From assembly GCA_965202585.1 (NCBI GenBank), contig OZ241829.1, positions 14,880,001 to 14,944,000 on the forward strand: 64,000 nucleotides of DNA, given 5' to 3'. A program made the translations under genes and the position numbers. Source of the stretch: Thalia democratica (taxonomy: Eukaryota). Below are positions 34,700-46,832 of the stretch, piece by piece; within the stretch, counting starts at the first letter, position 1, and the number at the start of each line of letters is the position of its first letter. Below the pieces are notes generated by a model, which had not been told where the DNA came from, did no database searches, and saw only the letters and a list, made by a program, of their open reading frames with translations.

Positions 34700-35358
34700 T
34701 TTAAACAGATTTATCTATGTCAATCATTAAGCTAGAACAAAAATGAAATTGAAAAGTGTTCATCATTATACTAGTTTTATTATAATGTTTTCAGATTGAT
34801 CAAATTTGAAAAAACTTAAAAAATATAAGTACAAACATTAAGAATCGTGCAGAAAACCTATATTACGAACAACTTAAGACTTCGGTTTTTAAGATGAGTT
34901 CTTTAAAGTGCGGGCAGGAATAATAGGCCGATACTTTTACCTGCTTTTCAAAAAGCTTCCTAGTAAGAGTTAGCTACAAAGTACAGTTTAATGTTTGTGT
35001 TGATTTTTACCATCGCATATATAGATTAAATTACGTTTAAGAGTGGAAAAATATAAACTTATCATAGTCATTTCTGCTTAAACGATAATAATATGTATTG
35101 AAAATTGTTACTGAGAATCTTAGCATTTTCGAGATACCTACAAAACACCCGAAAACAAAGTAATTTTAGATAAATATTTAATATCATAAACTTTACTAAA
35201 AATTTCCTAGAGTCGTTTTCATGTTTGTAGTTATAATTTTAAAGGCTTTTCAAATTAGTCAATCTGGAAAAATTATGGGAAAACTAAGGTATTAGTGAAC
35301 ATTTTCAGGTTCCTTTATTGTTCTAGCTTAATGTTTAACAAAGATAAGGCTTTTAAAA
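34700..35358. repeat. Old diverged inverted repeat (arms about 34700-34822 and 35237-35358)
   Basis: CATTAAGCTAGAACAA...TTTTCAGATTGA.CAAATTTGAAAA versus TTTTCAAATTAGTCAATCTGGAAAA...TTGTTCTAGCTTAATG; flanking satellite blocks are also inverted. Confidence 0.8.
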
Positions 35359-36166
35359 AGTCTATGATAGCTAGGCAGTGCAAGTTAACTATCAAGTTAG
35401 CTACCACGTAGGAATAGACTACAAATTGGATTAAGATACAACGTTAGAGTTACCTACCAAGTATAAGTTAGCACTAGAGTAAAAGTAAGCTACCTAGTAT
35501 CGGTTAACTACCAAGTAGCAGTTAATTTATCAGTATGAGTTAGTTAGGAAGCAGGTGTTTCTACCAAGTAAAAGTTAGCTACAAAGTATGAGCTACCTAC
35601 AAAGTATGAGTTAGCTACCAAGAAAGAGTTAGCTACCAAGTAAGCTATCAAGTTCAAGTTAGGTAACAAGTAAGAGTCAGCTAGTTTATTTTTGATAGCT
35701 GACTCCTACTCGGTATGCTTATCAATTCAAGGATCATATAGTATTTTAACTACAATTTTGTTTAAACAATGTTATTTTTGAAAATTAACTAGCTCAAAAA
35801 GAAAGCTACATATAGCTTTTTAACATTATTTTCGTTGTTATATTGATTTTGAAACTTAACTAAAAACTAAACTTTACTTTATATTCAATCTTATTATTAA
35901 AACTCAATTTGCTTGGTTTTTAATTAAAATTTTTATGTATAAACTTGTTTTTATTTAATTGTATAAAGCTATATTCGATGACTGTTATATATATTTTTAT
36001 ATTCTTTATTTAGGCTCTGAAAAAGTGTTTGACCGAAAGTTACTTTGTAAAATAAAGTCTATATAACCAAATTAATAATATATATCTTATTTATTTTTAT
36101 ATATTATATAATATTTGAAATAGTATGTACTCAACTAAAATATGCTTCACCTTAAGGATACTTATA

Positions 36167-36573
36167 GAAGTCGTATAGAAAAAAAAAGATAAGGTACTTT
36201 GCAGCAAACTTCTAGTAGGTAGCTAAGTTTTACTTTGCAGCATTTTCAAACTTGGTAGCTAACTTTTAATAAGTGGCTAACTCTTACTTGGTAGCTAATT
36301 TAGTTTCTGACTCCTACTCGGTAGTTAACTAATACTTTGCAACAATTTAATACCTGATAGCTATTTCATCATCATTAGCTATCGGGTATTAAATTGTTGC
36401 AAAGTATTAGTTAACTACCGAGTAGGAGTCAGAAACTAAATTAGCTACCAAGTAAGAGTTAGCCACTTATTAAAAGTTAGCTACCAAGTTTGAAAATGCT
36501 GCAAAGTAAAACTTAGCTACCTACTAGAAGTTTGCTGCAAAGTACCTTATATTTTTTCTTTCTATACGACTTC
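36167..36573. repeat. Near-perfect long hairpin: arms of about 197 bp, 12-nt loop (36364-36375)
   Basis: 36191-36363 is the reverse complement of 36376-36548 except one T/G pair (36355/36384); outer ends differ only around an A-tract. Confidence 0.95.
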
Positions 36574-39328
36574 GTAGATGGCCATTACTTGCTAGTTAAC
36601 TCATACTTGGTAGAAACTTCTACTTGCTAGCTAACTCCCTTTTGATTGCTGACTAATATTTAGTAGCTAATTCTTACTTGGTAGCTGACTCATAGTTAGT
36701 AACTAACTTCTACTTGATGTCGATTTTCAATTTGTAGCTAACTCTTACTTGATAGCTAACTAATACCTAGTAGCTAGCTTTCTACTAGTAGCTAACTCTT
36801 ATTTAGTAACTAATTCATATTTGGTAGCTACTTCATACTTGCTAGCTAACTCATACTTGGTAACTTAATCATAATTGCTGCTAATTTATATTTGGTAGCT
36901 AAATAATAGTTGTACTTTAGTTTCTCATAACCTTTTCAGATTTCTTCTTTTCAGATAAAAAGAAATAAAAAATATTTAGTAGGAGCCTATAATAGCTAAT
37001 TCCTACTAATTACCTAACTTACTCTTGGTATCTAACTCATACCAAGTAACAAACTGACAGTTGGTAGCTAACTCCTATTTAATAGGTAACTCATACTTGG
37101 TAGCTAGGTTATAATTAGTGCTCCACCTTAAGGATACTTAAGGAAATTGTGTATTAATTAAGTATAATAGTTCTTAGTAAACTTCTAGATGCTATATTAT
37201 GGTTTTATCTGATAACACTAAAATAAAAAACATATTAAGTTGTTGATTAGAGTCTAAGCTTTATAATAGTGTCTGAATACTGTACATAAAGGATATTTAA
37301 AGAAATCATATATAAATAAAATATTTTAAAAGTAAATTATAAGAAATTATACATTCTTTAGTTTTTGTCGCATCAAACTGAAAACTATTTTAAAATGTTT
37401 TTAAAATTTTAGCTATTCGATGGTACCTATTAAACTGTCAAAACTGAACTCAACTAAGAGTTATATTTTGTATTGTGAATTAAGCTTAAAAATTATGTAC
37501 CTTAAGGGTACGTAAAAAAAGTATATGCTAATCATATATAACAGTTTTAAGTAAACTTTTAAAATAGAAAAAGTTAATTACCTTAAGGATACATTAAGAT
37601 TTCGTAAACAAAAGTAAATATCTAAGTGACTTGATAACTATCTCCTACTAGGTAGCTACTTACTTGATAGCTAATTACCACTTAGTACCTATTTAGAAAC
37701 TATTATTTTTGGTAGCTAACTCATATTTGGTAGCTAACTATTAATTGTCATCAATTCCCTAAAGAACAGTTCAGAACCGTTTTTTTTTTGATGACGTACT
37801 TAATAAATTTTAGTAGAAAATTACAGTTTTCTGAACAAGTTAATAAAACATTATGGCTTAAAATAAAACCTTACAGCTTATTGAAGCGTTAACTAGCTTC
37901 TTTCAGAAGTTGCTTTAAAACTTGTATTTCTATAGAAAAATTTCACTTTAGTTCACATCAGTAAAAACTAAGGTAGTTTATTAAATTTTTAACTTATTTT
38001 TTTAAATATTCATACTATAAACACATTTTGTTTTTGAAACTAGGTTTTTTAGTATATGAAAACGCTGATAATATTGTTTTTTGGTTTAAAGCTCTTTTGT
38101 ATCACGGTAAACACGTAATCAGATGTGTTAAGCTTTGGACTATATTATTTCAACCAAAAGTTATTGATTAATTTTGTACTTAGTTAAATACTTGTGTGGT
38201 TAATTATATCTAATGTTTTAATTTTTGTAGAAAGTATTCCAAATATTTTAACTACTTAATGATTTAAGGTACTGTATAATTTTACTACTAGTAATTCATA
38301 AAAAATGTTTTTGTTATATTAAACTCTATTTTACAATCATTTATTATTTATACATGATATCTATGATAAAGATGAAGGAAAACAAACAAATTTTGTATAA
38401 GTTTTAAACTTAATTGGCAACAATAAAAGTTGCAACAAAATAAATTATTATATAAATTGCAAAGGATTATAGTTATAAAAATCAGTAATAAATTACAAAA
38501 CAAAACTTAATTTATGAGAAAAATTGTGTATGTTGATCTTTAGGATAAAAACATCATTAATGAAAGAAAATATTTTCAAACTTACTTTGAAAGTTTAATC
38601 TGTTAACTTCTAAAAACAAATAAGTTAACAAAATTTACAGATAAAATCATAATTGAAATCCAATCAAATTCAAAACGATAAGGTTTAGAATAAAATTTGC
38701 TAAAATTTTTTATATAGATTTTATATCTTTATTTTATATCATTTACTATTTTAACACGCTATTTAAAATGATAAGTGAAAAAATCTTTACTATATGTAAA
38801 ACTTTTATCTGCAATAAAAGTATGGCTGAATATTTATGTTTGGTGTAATATGGTAATCACAGGTTTTATTTGTCTAATTACTATAAACTTCTCAAAAACG
38901 TTAATATTTAGCTAATTGTTTAGATTTTCCTTGTCTAGGAATAGATATTATCTATATATAAGTTTATGTTTGCAGAGTAGATAAATTTAACTTGAAATAG
39001 TTAAAAAATAGAAGGATAAATTAGATTTTTATCAAAAAGATTTTATTTTTGTGTATCAGCTAACTTGTTAATTTATCAAATCAACTAATTGTTTTATACA
39101 AGTGACTAATTTTATGTCTCTAATTACAAAAATGTTGAAAAACTTATTTCACATAAACGTTAAAAATAACTAAATAAAAGTCTAAATTTTATCAAATAAT
39201 CTTTTTCATTGAAAAATAAAATGTTAAAATATACAAAATATTTTAAGATTATGTATAGTTATGTTAAGAACTACTGTTTTACTTGGTACAACTTTCTTCT
39301 AAAATAGTTTTTCTGACTTTTTTATTAG

Positions 39329-40325
39329 GGTTAAAAAAGTTTTGATTAACTTTACGAAAATGTCTAAACTTTGTCGAAGTATGCCTTCAGTTTTATACGA
39401 TAATCGTTATTGCAATCAGGATGAATTTGATATTGTCGTTTGTGGAGGTAAAAATGAAAATGGTATTACTAATGAAGCTACTAAACTAAGTGGTCCTGAT
39501 TTTATAACTTCCGTCAAACTGAGTCCAATGATAACAACAAGACACTCAAGGAGAACAACTGTTATTGGTTCTAATATTTATATACTTAGTGAAATTGATA
39601 ATTGGTCATCGTCTTTTGAAATGTATAGTGCAAAGACAAAAACTTGGAAGGAATTAGAACCCGTTTATTTAACAGATTTTAGTGTCTGTTCATTTATGAA
39701 AACTATTTATGTAATTGGCGGTTGTTTTAGATGTAACCATTATGATTCTATTCATGCCATTCAGTATGATCACTTTTATGTAAAAACAATTCACAATTAT
39801 TGTTATAAGTACGAAGCAAACAAGTGGACAGGAGTAGCACAACTACAAAATAAAAGATATTTGTCGGCTTGTACAGTTTTTGAAGGCAAAATTGTTGCTA
39901 CTGGAGGTAATAGTTCTGATGAAAGTTTAAGATCCGTAGAAGCATATGATCATCAAGAAAACAAGTGGACTTATTTATCTGATATGATTGTACAAAGTCA
40001 TGATCATTCTGCAGTTAGCATGGGCAATAAAATTTTTGTTGTTAGTAAAGGAAATCTAGTTTACTATCAGTTATATGACAGCATATCGAGAAAGTTTACT
40101 ATGTTCAACGTTAAGCCACCCTATTCAAATTTTTACAGTTATGATTTTAAAGTACTCGGTATAAATAACAAGTTAGTATATTTTTGTATCGTAAACTCTT
40201 CAAAGGAACTTAATGTGTATATGTATGATATGGTTGAAAATAAATGGGTGGTAGAAAATGCTTTGGTTAAATTAAATTTAATATTATCAGCCGATGCTTC
40301 TTTTATTAAATATCCTCAAACATGA
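39329..40325 (+). CDS. Kelch-repeat protein (Kelch-like beta-propeller; probably terminal exon, BTB/BACK not seen)
   Basis: IYVIGG...; KWTGVAQLQNKRYLSACTVFEGKIVATGG...SVEAYDHQENKWTYLSDM..HSAVSMGNKIFVV. Candidate acceptor TTTATTAG at 39328; AATAAA at about 40460. Confidence 0.78.
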
Positions 40326-40681
40326 TGAAACAACTAAAAACTATGTTAGCATACAGTTTTCATAAACTATCTTAATTACAAGAACTGTGTTGACAAAATG
40401 CTAAGTTTTATTTAAATTCGTTAAAATTTTACTTGTTTGATGTAAAATAGTTTTGTTGCAATAAAAGTGTTTTAGTTTAATGAGAACTTATACATTAATA
40501 TTTATTTTATAGTTACCCACTATGTAATACATTATGATATATATATTAATAAATTAATTAAATTTTTTGTGATGGAATTGTTAAATATAAATTACTGAGT
40601 TAATTATACTTTATGTTGTTTTTATTCTAAATCGCATAAGTTGTTTTCAGATAGCAGCTTATAGCTTCAAAGCAAATAAAC

Positions 40682-43600
40682 TTTTTTTTTTTTTTTTTTT
40701 TTTTTATGGTAAAAAAACATCAGTCTCAAACTCTACCCCTTGCAACGATAAACGTTTTCTGGGGAAAAGTGAGTGTGTTACATCATATGTAATTTTACCT
40801 GCCCCATTAATATTTAACTTTAACTATCCAAAAATAAAATAAACAAAAAACTATCTTTTAAACAAATAAAAAGCCCTTGGTGACACGCCATTTGGAGAAC
40901 ACTCACAAGGCTAAAATCTCAACACTAAAAACCACAAAGTGTGGGAAAATCATGAAGCTCAAATCCCCAAGTAAGTGTTCACCGGCGCTACAACAAAAAA
41001 ATCACACCAACAATCCAATCATGTGATCACCGCCACCAAAGTGAACTCACAATCAGCTGTTGAGCAAATGCATAAAACTAGTATTATAATGAATACATTA
41101 GCATTAAATAACTAAAGCTTGATAATTAACTAATTTACTGAAATGGTACTCAGAAAAAAAAATCTAAAAATTAAGCTAAATTAGAAAAAAAAAAAAATAT
41201 ATAAATAAAAATAAATAAATAAAAATTAAACAAAAACTATTAAGAAAAATGTAGTTTCTGAAACTTGTATTGGTGGAATTAATTTTAGTCTAATAAAAGT
41301 AAAAAAAAAAAATAAATAAATAAATTATATTTATGCAATAATAATTAATATATACAGCTAACAAATAAATATACAAAAATATAATAAAAACTGGATAGTA
41401 TCAAAAAAAAAAAAAAAAAAACAATCACGCACAACCATACAATACCCATCAACAGACCAAAACCAGCCAATCATGATCAGAGTAGACACAATCAAAATTG
41501 ACCATACATATAATAAGAGAAACAGATAAAAATAACAAACAAAAGCAATTAATCAAAATATGCATGCAACACAAAATATTCAACCACAGCACTCTAAACC
41601 TACTCAGTATACTGGCTCAACAAGAATTTTTTGTAACTATATTTAAACTGATCTTTTTTTAGATTTTTAAAAATTTCGGGAACACTAGACCACAACTTAG
41701 GGCCCAAATACTTGAAGGAGTTTAGGCCAAGTTGTGTTCTAGGTCTTTCAATAACAAAATTATTATTTTTTGAATGTCTTGTATAGTGTGTATGAACCAT
41801 ACTTACTGGAGTAAAACAACTGTGGTCAACCTCAAATCCTCTCAAAGTATTCAGCATCAACTTACAAACTTGCAAATTAAACACCTCATTAAATTTCAGT
41901 ATACCAGTTTTTAAAAACAATGAATTTGTAGGAGTCAGTGCAGGTACGCGACAAACATATCTTACAATTCTTTTTTGCATACAAACAATTGGTTTCAAAT
42001 GACAACTAGCAGCACCACCCCAAACAGATATACAATACAGGATATGAGGATAAAACAAACTATAATACACCATTTTCAAAGTACTTGTATCCAAATAATA
42101 TCTTAATTTTGACATCATAAAACAACTTCTTGAAAGCTTAGACTTAAGGTACTTTAAATGTGCCTTCCAATTTAAATTATCGTCTAATACCACACCTAAG
42201 TATTTAATATTTTCACTCTGCTCAATCACAAAACCATTTACCTTAACACTGAATTCATTCTTTTTTGCAGTTCTATTAAACAGCAAAAACTTAGTCTTTG
42301 AATAATTAATAAACAATCTATTTTTACACAGCCATTCATCAATTTTCTTCAACTCCATATTTATAACAACATTAACATGGTCAATATCACAATGTTGATA
42401 ACTCAGACAAGCATCGTCTGCAAACAATCTCAATTTAATATTTGTAGCTGAAAATATGTCATTTATATATACAAGAAACAACAATGGACCAAAACAAGAA
42501 CCCTGAGGTATCCCAACATTCAAAACTTCACGCTCAGAAACAACATTATTTACAACAGTAGACTGACTTCTATCTTTTAAATAACTTTCAATAAAATTTA
42601 ACATTGAGCATTTTATATTATAACATTTAAGTTTTGATATTAGAATTTTATGGTTAACAGTGTTAAAAGCTTTAGCAAGATCCAAAAAAACAGAACAATT
42701 TACCTTTTTTTTTTCACCAGCCTCAATTAGTTCCTCAACAATCTGATTTACTGCTAACTCAGTCGTACTATTTTTTCTAAACCCATATTGTTTGCAGTGC
42801 AGTAAATTATTTGACAGAAAATAACCACTCAGTCTCTCACACACCAATGACTCAAAAATTTTAGAAAAAGGAGACAAAAGAGAAATAGGTCTGTAATTAT
42901 TTACATTGTTTTTTTTACCATTTTTATAAATCGGCACTACCTCAGCATGTTTAAGAGAATTAGGAAACACACCATACTCAACACAACTATTATACAACAT
43001 AGAAAGATAGGGAGAAATTATTTTTGCACTAAGCTTCACAAAACGAATACTAGGGACATCAGAACGCACACTCTTGTTAGGGTTCATTGTTTTAATATAA
43101 TTTTCAATTTCGCTCGCTGATATATTCTTAAAAACAAAACCATTTTTTACAGAACCTATTGAAAACTTATCATAATCACAAGCAACATGTGTTCTTTTTT
43201 TTATTAAATCATCAGCAATTGACACAAAATTTTTATTCATAACATTACCAATTTTTTTTGGTTCAACAACAACATTACCATGCACATCAAGCACACCATT
43301 GATTTTTGAATGAGAGATAGGTTTAGTAGCAACAATATTGTTAATTATTTTCCACAACTTTTTACTGTTTGTTTTGTTTTTGTTTACAACCTGTTTAAAG
43401 TAAAGTATTTTAGATCGTTCAATAACTCGATTCAGAATATTTCTATATTTTTTGAATGTAATTGAAAATTTTTTTGTTTTATCTTTGATGGCAGACTTAA
43501 ACATTAGATTTTTCTTTTTAATTGAAACAATAATCCCCTTTGAAATCCAAGGTTTAGCTTTTAGTTTTTGATCTTTTTTATTTAAAATTTTAATTGGTGC

Positions 43601-44330
43601 ATGATAAAACACTGTGCTACCAAACACACTCTCAAACTCATTCCAACACTCATTTATATCCTCACCTTTTGTAATACTCATTTTCAATTTACCCAAGTTC
43701 CTTCTAAGATCATTTAAAAAAACTCCAACATCAAACTTACTGAAATCTTGAACTGATTTTTGATAACACAATTCATTTTTATTCATTAAACATTTAATTT
43801 CACAAACAACAGGCATATGGTCAGATATATCATAATCTACAACATTAACATTTAGCTTCTCACGCCCAAAACTAGAATAAACATGGTCAATCAAAGAACT
43901 AGAGGAGCAATCAGAAGAAAGTCTAGTTGGGGAATCAACAAATTGTTTAGCACCAGCACTAGAAACACAATTCAAATAGTCACAAGTACGCTGATCTCTA
44001 CTAAATAAGTTTATATTTACATCACCACCAATTATAAAATCTCTTTTCTTTTCGTTTAATATATCTAAAACTTTAACAAAATTTTCTTTAAAAGTATTAA
44101 ATGTAGAGCTTGGGTGTCTGTACACATTACCAAGTATAAGATTTTTATTGTTTCCAAGTTTAATAGAGATCCACAAATCATCTACATCACACTGTTTAAA
44201 TGATATACCTTCTACAACCTCATAAGAGTGACAAGCTCTTACAAAAAATGCAACACCACCAGATTGATTACTATTAGACAGTTTATTTACAAAATCATAC
44301 CCATGCAGTTTACCCATAAAAGGTCTCAGA
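40682..44330 (-). mobile_element. 5'-truncated CR1-group (CR1/L2/Crack-like) non-LTR retrotransposon with poly(A) tail
   Basis: 24-nt T run at 40682-40705 = poly(A) on minus strand; 3' UTR of about 0.9 kb; ORF2 lacks the first APE motifs; no TSD found. Confidence 0.9.
41600..44317 (-). CDS. LINE ORF2: AP endonuclease (N-truncated) + reverse transcriptase
   Basis: APE motifs VYRHP, GGDVNIN, TR....SLIDH, SDHMP; RT motifs YRPISLL, QYGFR, FLDLAKAFNTVNH, GIPQGS..GPLLF.VYIND, LFADD, KYLGV. Confidence 0.92.
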   Translation of the reverse strand: MGKLHGYDFVNKLSNSNQSGGVAFFVRACHSYEVVEGISFKQCDVDDLWISIKLGNNKNLILGNVYRHPSSTFNTFKENFVKVLDILNEKKRDFIIGGDVNINLFSRDQRTCDYLNCVSSAGAKQFVDSPTRLSSDCSSSSLIDHVYSSFGREKLNVNVVDYDISDHMPVVCEIKCLMNKNELCYQKSVQDFSKFDVGVFLNDLRRNLGKLKMSITKGEDINECWNEFESVFGSTVFYHAPIKILNKKDQKLKAKPWISKGIIVSIKKKNLMFKSAIKDKTKKFSITFKKYRNILNRVIERSKILYFKQVVNKNKTNSKKLWKIINNIVATKPISHSKINGVLDVHGNVVVEPKKIGNVMNKNFVSIADDLIKKRTHVACDYDKFSIGSVKNGFVFKNISASEIENYIKTMNPNKSVRSDVPSIRFVKLSAKIISPYLSMLYNSCVEYGVFPNSLKHAEVVPIYKNGKKNNVNNYRPISLLSPFSKIFESLVCERLSGYFLSNNLLHCKQYGFRKNSTTELAVNQIVEELIEAGEKKKVNCSVFLDLAKAFNTVNHKILISKLKCYNIKCSMLNFIESYLKDRSQSTVVNNVVSEREVLNVGIPQGSCFGPLLFLVYINDIFSATNIKLRLFADDACLSYQHCDIDHVNVVINMELKKIDEWLCKNRLFINYSKTKFLLFNRTAKKNEFSVKVNGFVIEQSENIKYLGVVLDDNLNWKAHLKYLKSKLSRSCFMMSKLRYYLDTSTLKMVYYSLFYPHILYCISVWGGAASCHLKPIVCMQKRIVRYVCRVPALTPTNSLFLKTGILKFNEVFNLQVCKLMLNTLRGFEVDHSCFTPVSMVHTHYTRHSKNNNFVIERPRTQLGLNSFKYLGPKLWSSVPEIFKNLKKDQFKYSYKKFLLSQYTE

Positions 44331-46315
44331 CTAGGAAACTACTTTACGATAAAATACATTTTAATGTAGCCAAATTTAATTGTGAAGTAGCAATCAAGAA
44401 CTTAAGAATTATATAATTGTTATAACTAAGAAATAAAAATTTGGCCTTTGTATTTTTATAATTTTTTTTAGTTTTTAGAAACTAGTAGATCCATAAAAAC
44501 TGTTTAAGAAGTTGCATAAATAAGTATCACGGAAGTTTTAAAGTGAAGACAGTATTGTTGTGTGTAGACTTTTGAAGTGGTTAAAATATATTTGAATTTC
44601 ACAAAACAAGTCATATTACTTATTGTTCTTATAAATTTGCACAAGTAAATCTAAATTATAGTTTTTATTGAAAAGCTTCTCGTATGGCTTAACAGAAATT
44701 TAGAAATGAGTTTTGCATTTATTTTAAAAATACATTACTAATTACTGTTAGGTTTTAAACGCTTATAGGTAATTTAAATGCTAATTTGAACTTTTTGGCA
44801 AAAGATAAATTTGTAAATAACGGACATGTTTTGATATATCAACATTTTCATGGTGAAAAACTCAACACTAACCATAGTACAAACAATTTTACAAGAATTT
44901 TTTTTAATGTATAGTAACTTTTACATTTTCATATAGACTAATCTTAAAATAGTTTTTAAATCCAAAATAGTTAATATTCTATTAGCTTAAAAGTTATAAG
45001 GTTTTTCTATTATTTAGATATTATAGAAAAACAAACTTTTATTTAACATTTACAAATTAAAAACAAGACACTTAAAAACTAAAAATAGTAGTTTATTAAT
45101 AAAAATAACAAATATAAATAACTTAAATTCTAATAAAATTCATTACAGATAGTTTGAATGAATGTTAAGTTCTTCTCTGTATCTGTTATCAAAAATAAAG
45201 GTTTTTAAAGTTAATGAATCTAGTATTTATGTAAACTGTTTCTACTGTAAAATATGTATACAAGTATATTTTGAATGTTGAACTACTCTTAAACAACTTT
45301 GAATTAATAAAACTTTCTCGAAAAATAGAAGTTCATAAATATACTTATGCTTATGTCGAAATGCTATACAACCAGAATAGAAAAATAATTACGACATTCA
45401 CTTTTTTGAAACAATCTGAAAAACATCAAGACGGCTTTATTCACAAATAACGAAAAGTATAGAGAATAAAACTGGAATTTTCAACAAAGTATTTATATTA
45501 ACAAATTATTAAGTACTTTTCTATTTTACTTATTTTAAAGTTGAAAAAAATTGCTTAAGTTTTCCAACTACAAAATAAAGTTTGTAATGATACCATCATA
45601 CACTTTTTTTGTATGTTTGACATATACATTGATCATAGTGGCAACTGATTATTTTAGAAACTTTTTTCAGGTTCTCTTACAGTTTCCTTGTTTCTTGTTA
45701 GTAGAAAATTAAAAATAAGGTTAAAACTGTATTATAGTTGCTGAAAAGATTCTGTAGTACTACTTTGTTTGTGTTAAAAAGTAAACAAAATTTTACAAAA
45801 TTAAAACACTTTAATGAACGAAGTTGAGATAGTTTTCATTTTATCTGAAAGAGTACGGATAGATGATTTGTAGAATTATGTAACTTTTTCTATTTAAAAT
45901 TTATCAATATTATGATGAACTTATTTTATAAAACCTAGTTTAGAAGCAAAAATAAATTGTGTGAAACTGGTTAAGATCAGTCACTGTAAAATGGAGGCTA
46001 ACAGGAAGTTAATATGAAAAAATTCAAAACTTAATAAAATCCTTTCGCAGGTCGATGAAACTCTTTTTGCAGTGATAACCTTCTAGATGTTCCTTTCTTA
46101 GAATATCGAGTCGAAGATAAGATCCGAGTTTACAGTGACAGAAGAGAAGTTACTGCAACAATACGGATTATTTTTGCTTTTTCATTGACCTTAGAAGCGA
46201 ATTTTTATTAAGTTTTGGAATGTTTTACTCAAGTAGACGGGGATATTTATTTAAAATGGTAAGCGGTAGAAGTATTTCGTTCCATCTGTAAATAAACATA
46301 CCCGCTACGAAAACC

Positions 46316-46832
46316 GGGGAAGGGTAAAATATGCACGAAGGGACACTTTTGCGCGAAGACTTTTTTTCACAAAGACACTTTTGTACGGAGGGTCACTTTT
46401 GCACGAGAATAGAAAAAAAATTAACTAAATAAAAAAGTAATAACAGACAAATTAAAATCGTAAAACAATGAAAAAAAAAACAAAAAATTACCGACCGAGG
46501 GTAAGAGTTTGGGGTAACAGTGATAATAAAAATATGATAAAATAAAATACTAAAAATAGCAAAAACAAAACATTAGAAAAAATAAATAAACTAATAAAAA
46601 AATTATAAAAAAAAACACTGTCCAAGTGTTAGGGTTAAAAGCGATAATAAAAAATTACCTAACAAATATTGTTAATAAAAAAAAACAATTAAAAAAAATT
46701 ACCGACTGAGGGTAAGAGGTGATAGTGGTAGTAAAATAAAATATTAATAACTTAAAATTAAATAAAAATTAAAATTCAAAAAGTTTTTAACAAGTGCAAA
46801 AGTGTCCCTTCGTGCATTTTAGACTTCTACCC
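46316..46832. mobile_element. MITE with 22-bp perfect subterminal inverted repeat
   Basis: ATGCACGAAGGGACACTTTTGC (46331-46352) / GCAAAAGTGTCCCTTCGTGCAT (46796-46817); internal GGGTAA/TTAGGG-like motifs. Confidence 0.75.

Larger units (their letters stand above)
32760..37740. repeat. Degenerate 18-bp satellite (TAACTC(T/A)TACTTGGTAGC) in blocks of alternating orientation
   Basis: Orientation A (GAGTTAGCTACCAAGTA) at about 32760-33140, 35380-35700, 36376-36545; orientation B at about 33175-33600, 34210-34640, 36200-36363, 36580-37110, 37620-37740. Confidence 0.9.

Noticed and set aside
32760-37740. 18-bp and 32-bp repeats as a CRISPR array or a repeat-protein gene (ELATKY/LVANSY)
   Set aside because: Head-to-tail units with no unique spacers, eukaryotic context, and no ORF of 60 aa or more across them.
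44318-44360. TSD for the CR1-group LINE
   Set aside because: The sequence next to the poly(A) (GCAAATAAAC) is not repeated at the truncated 5' end.
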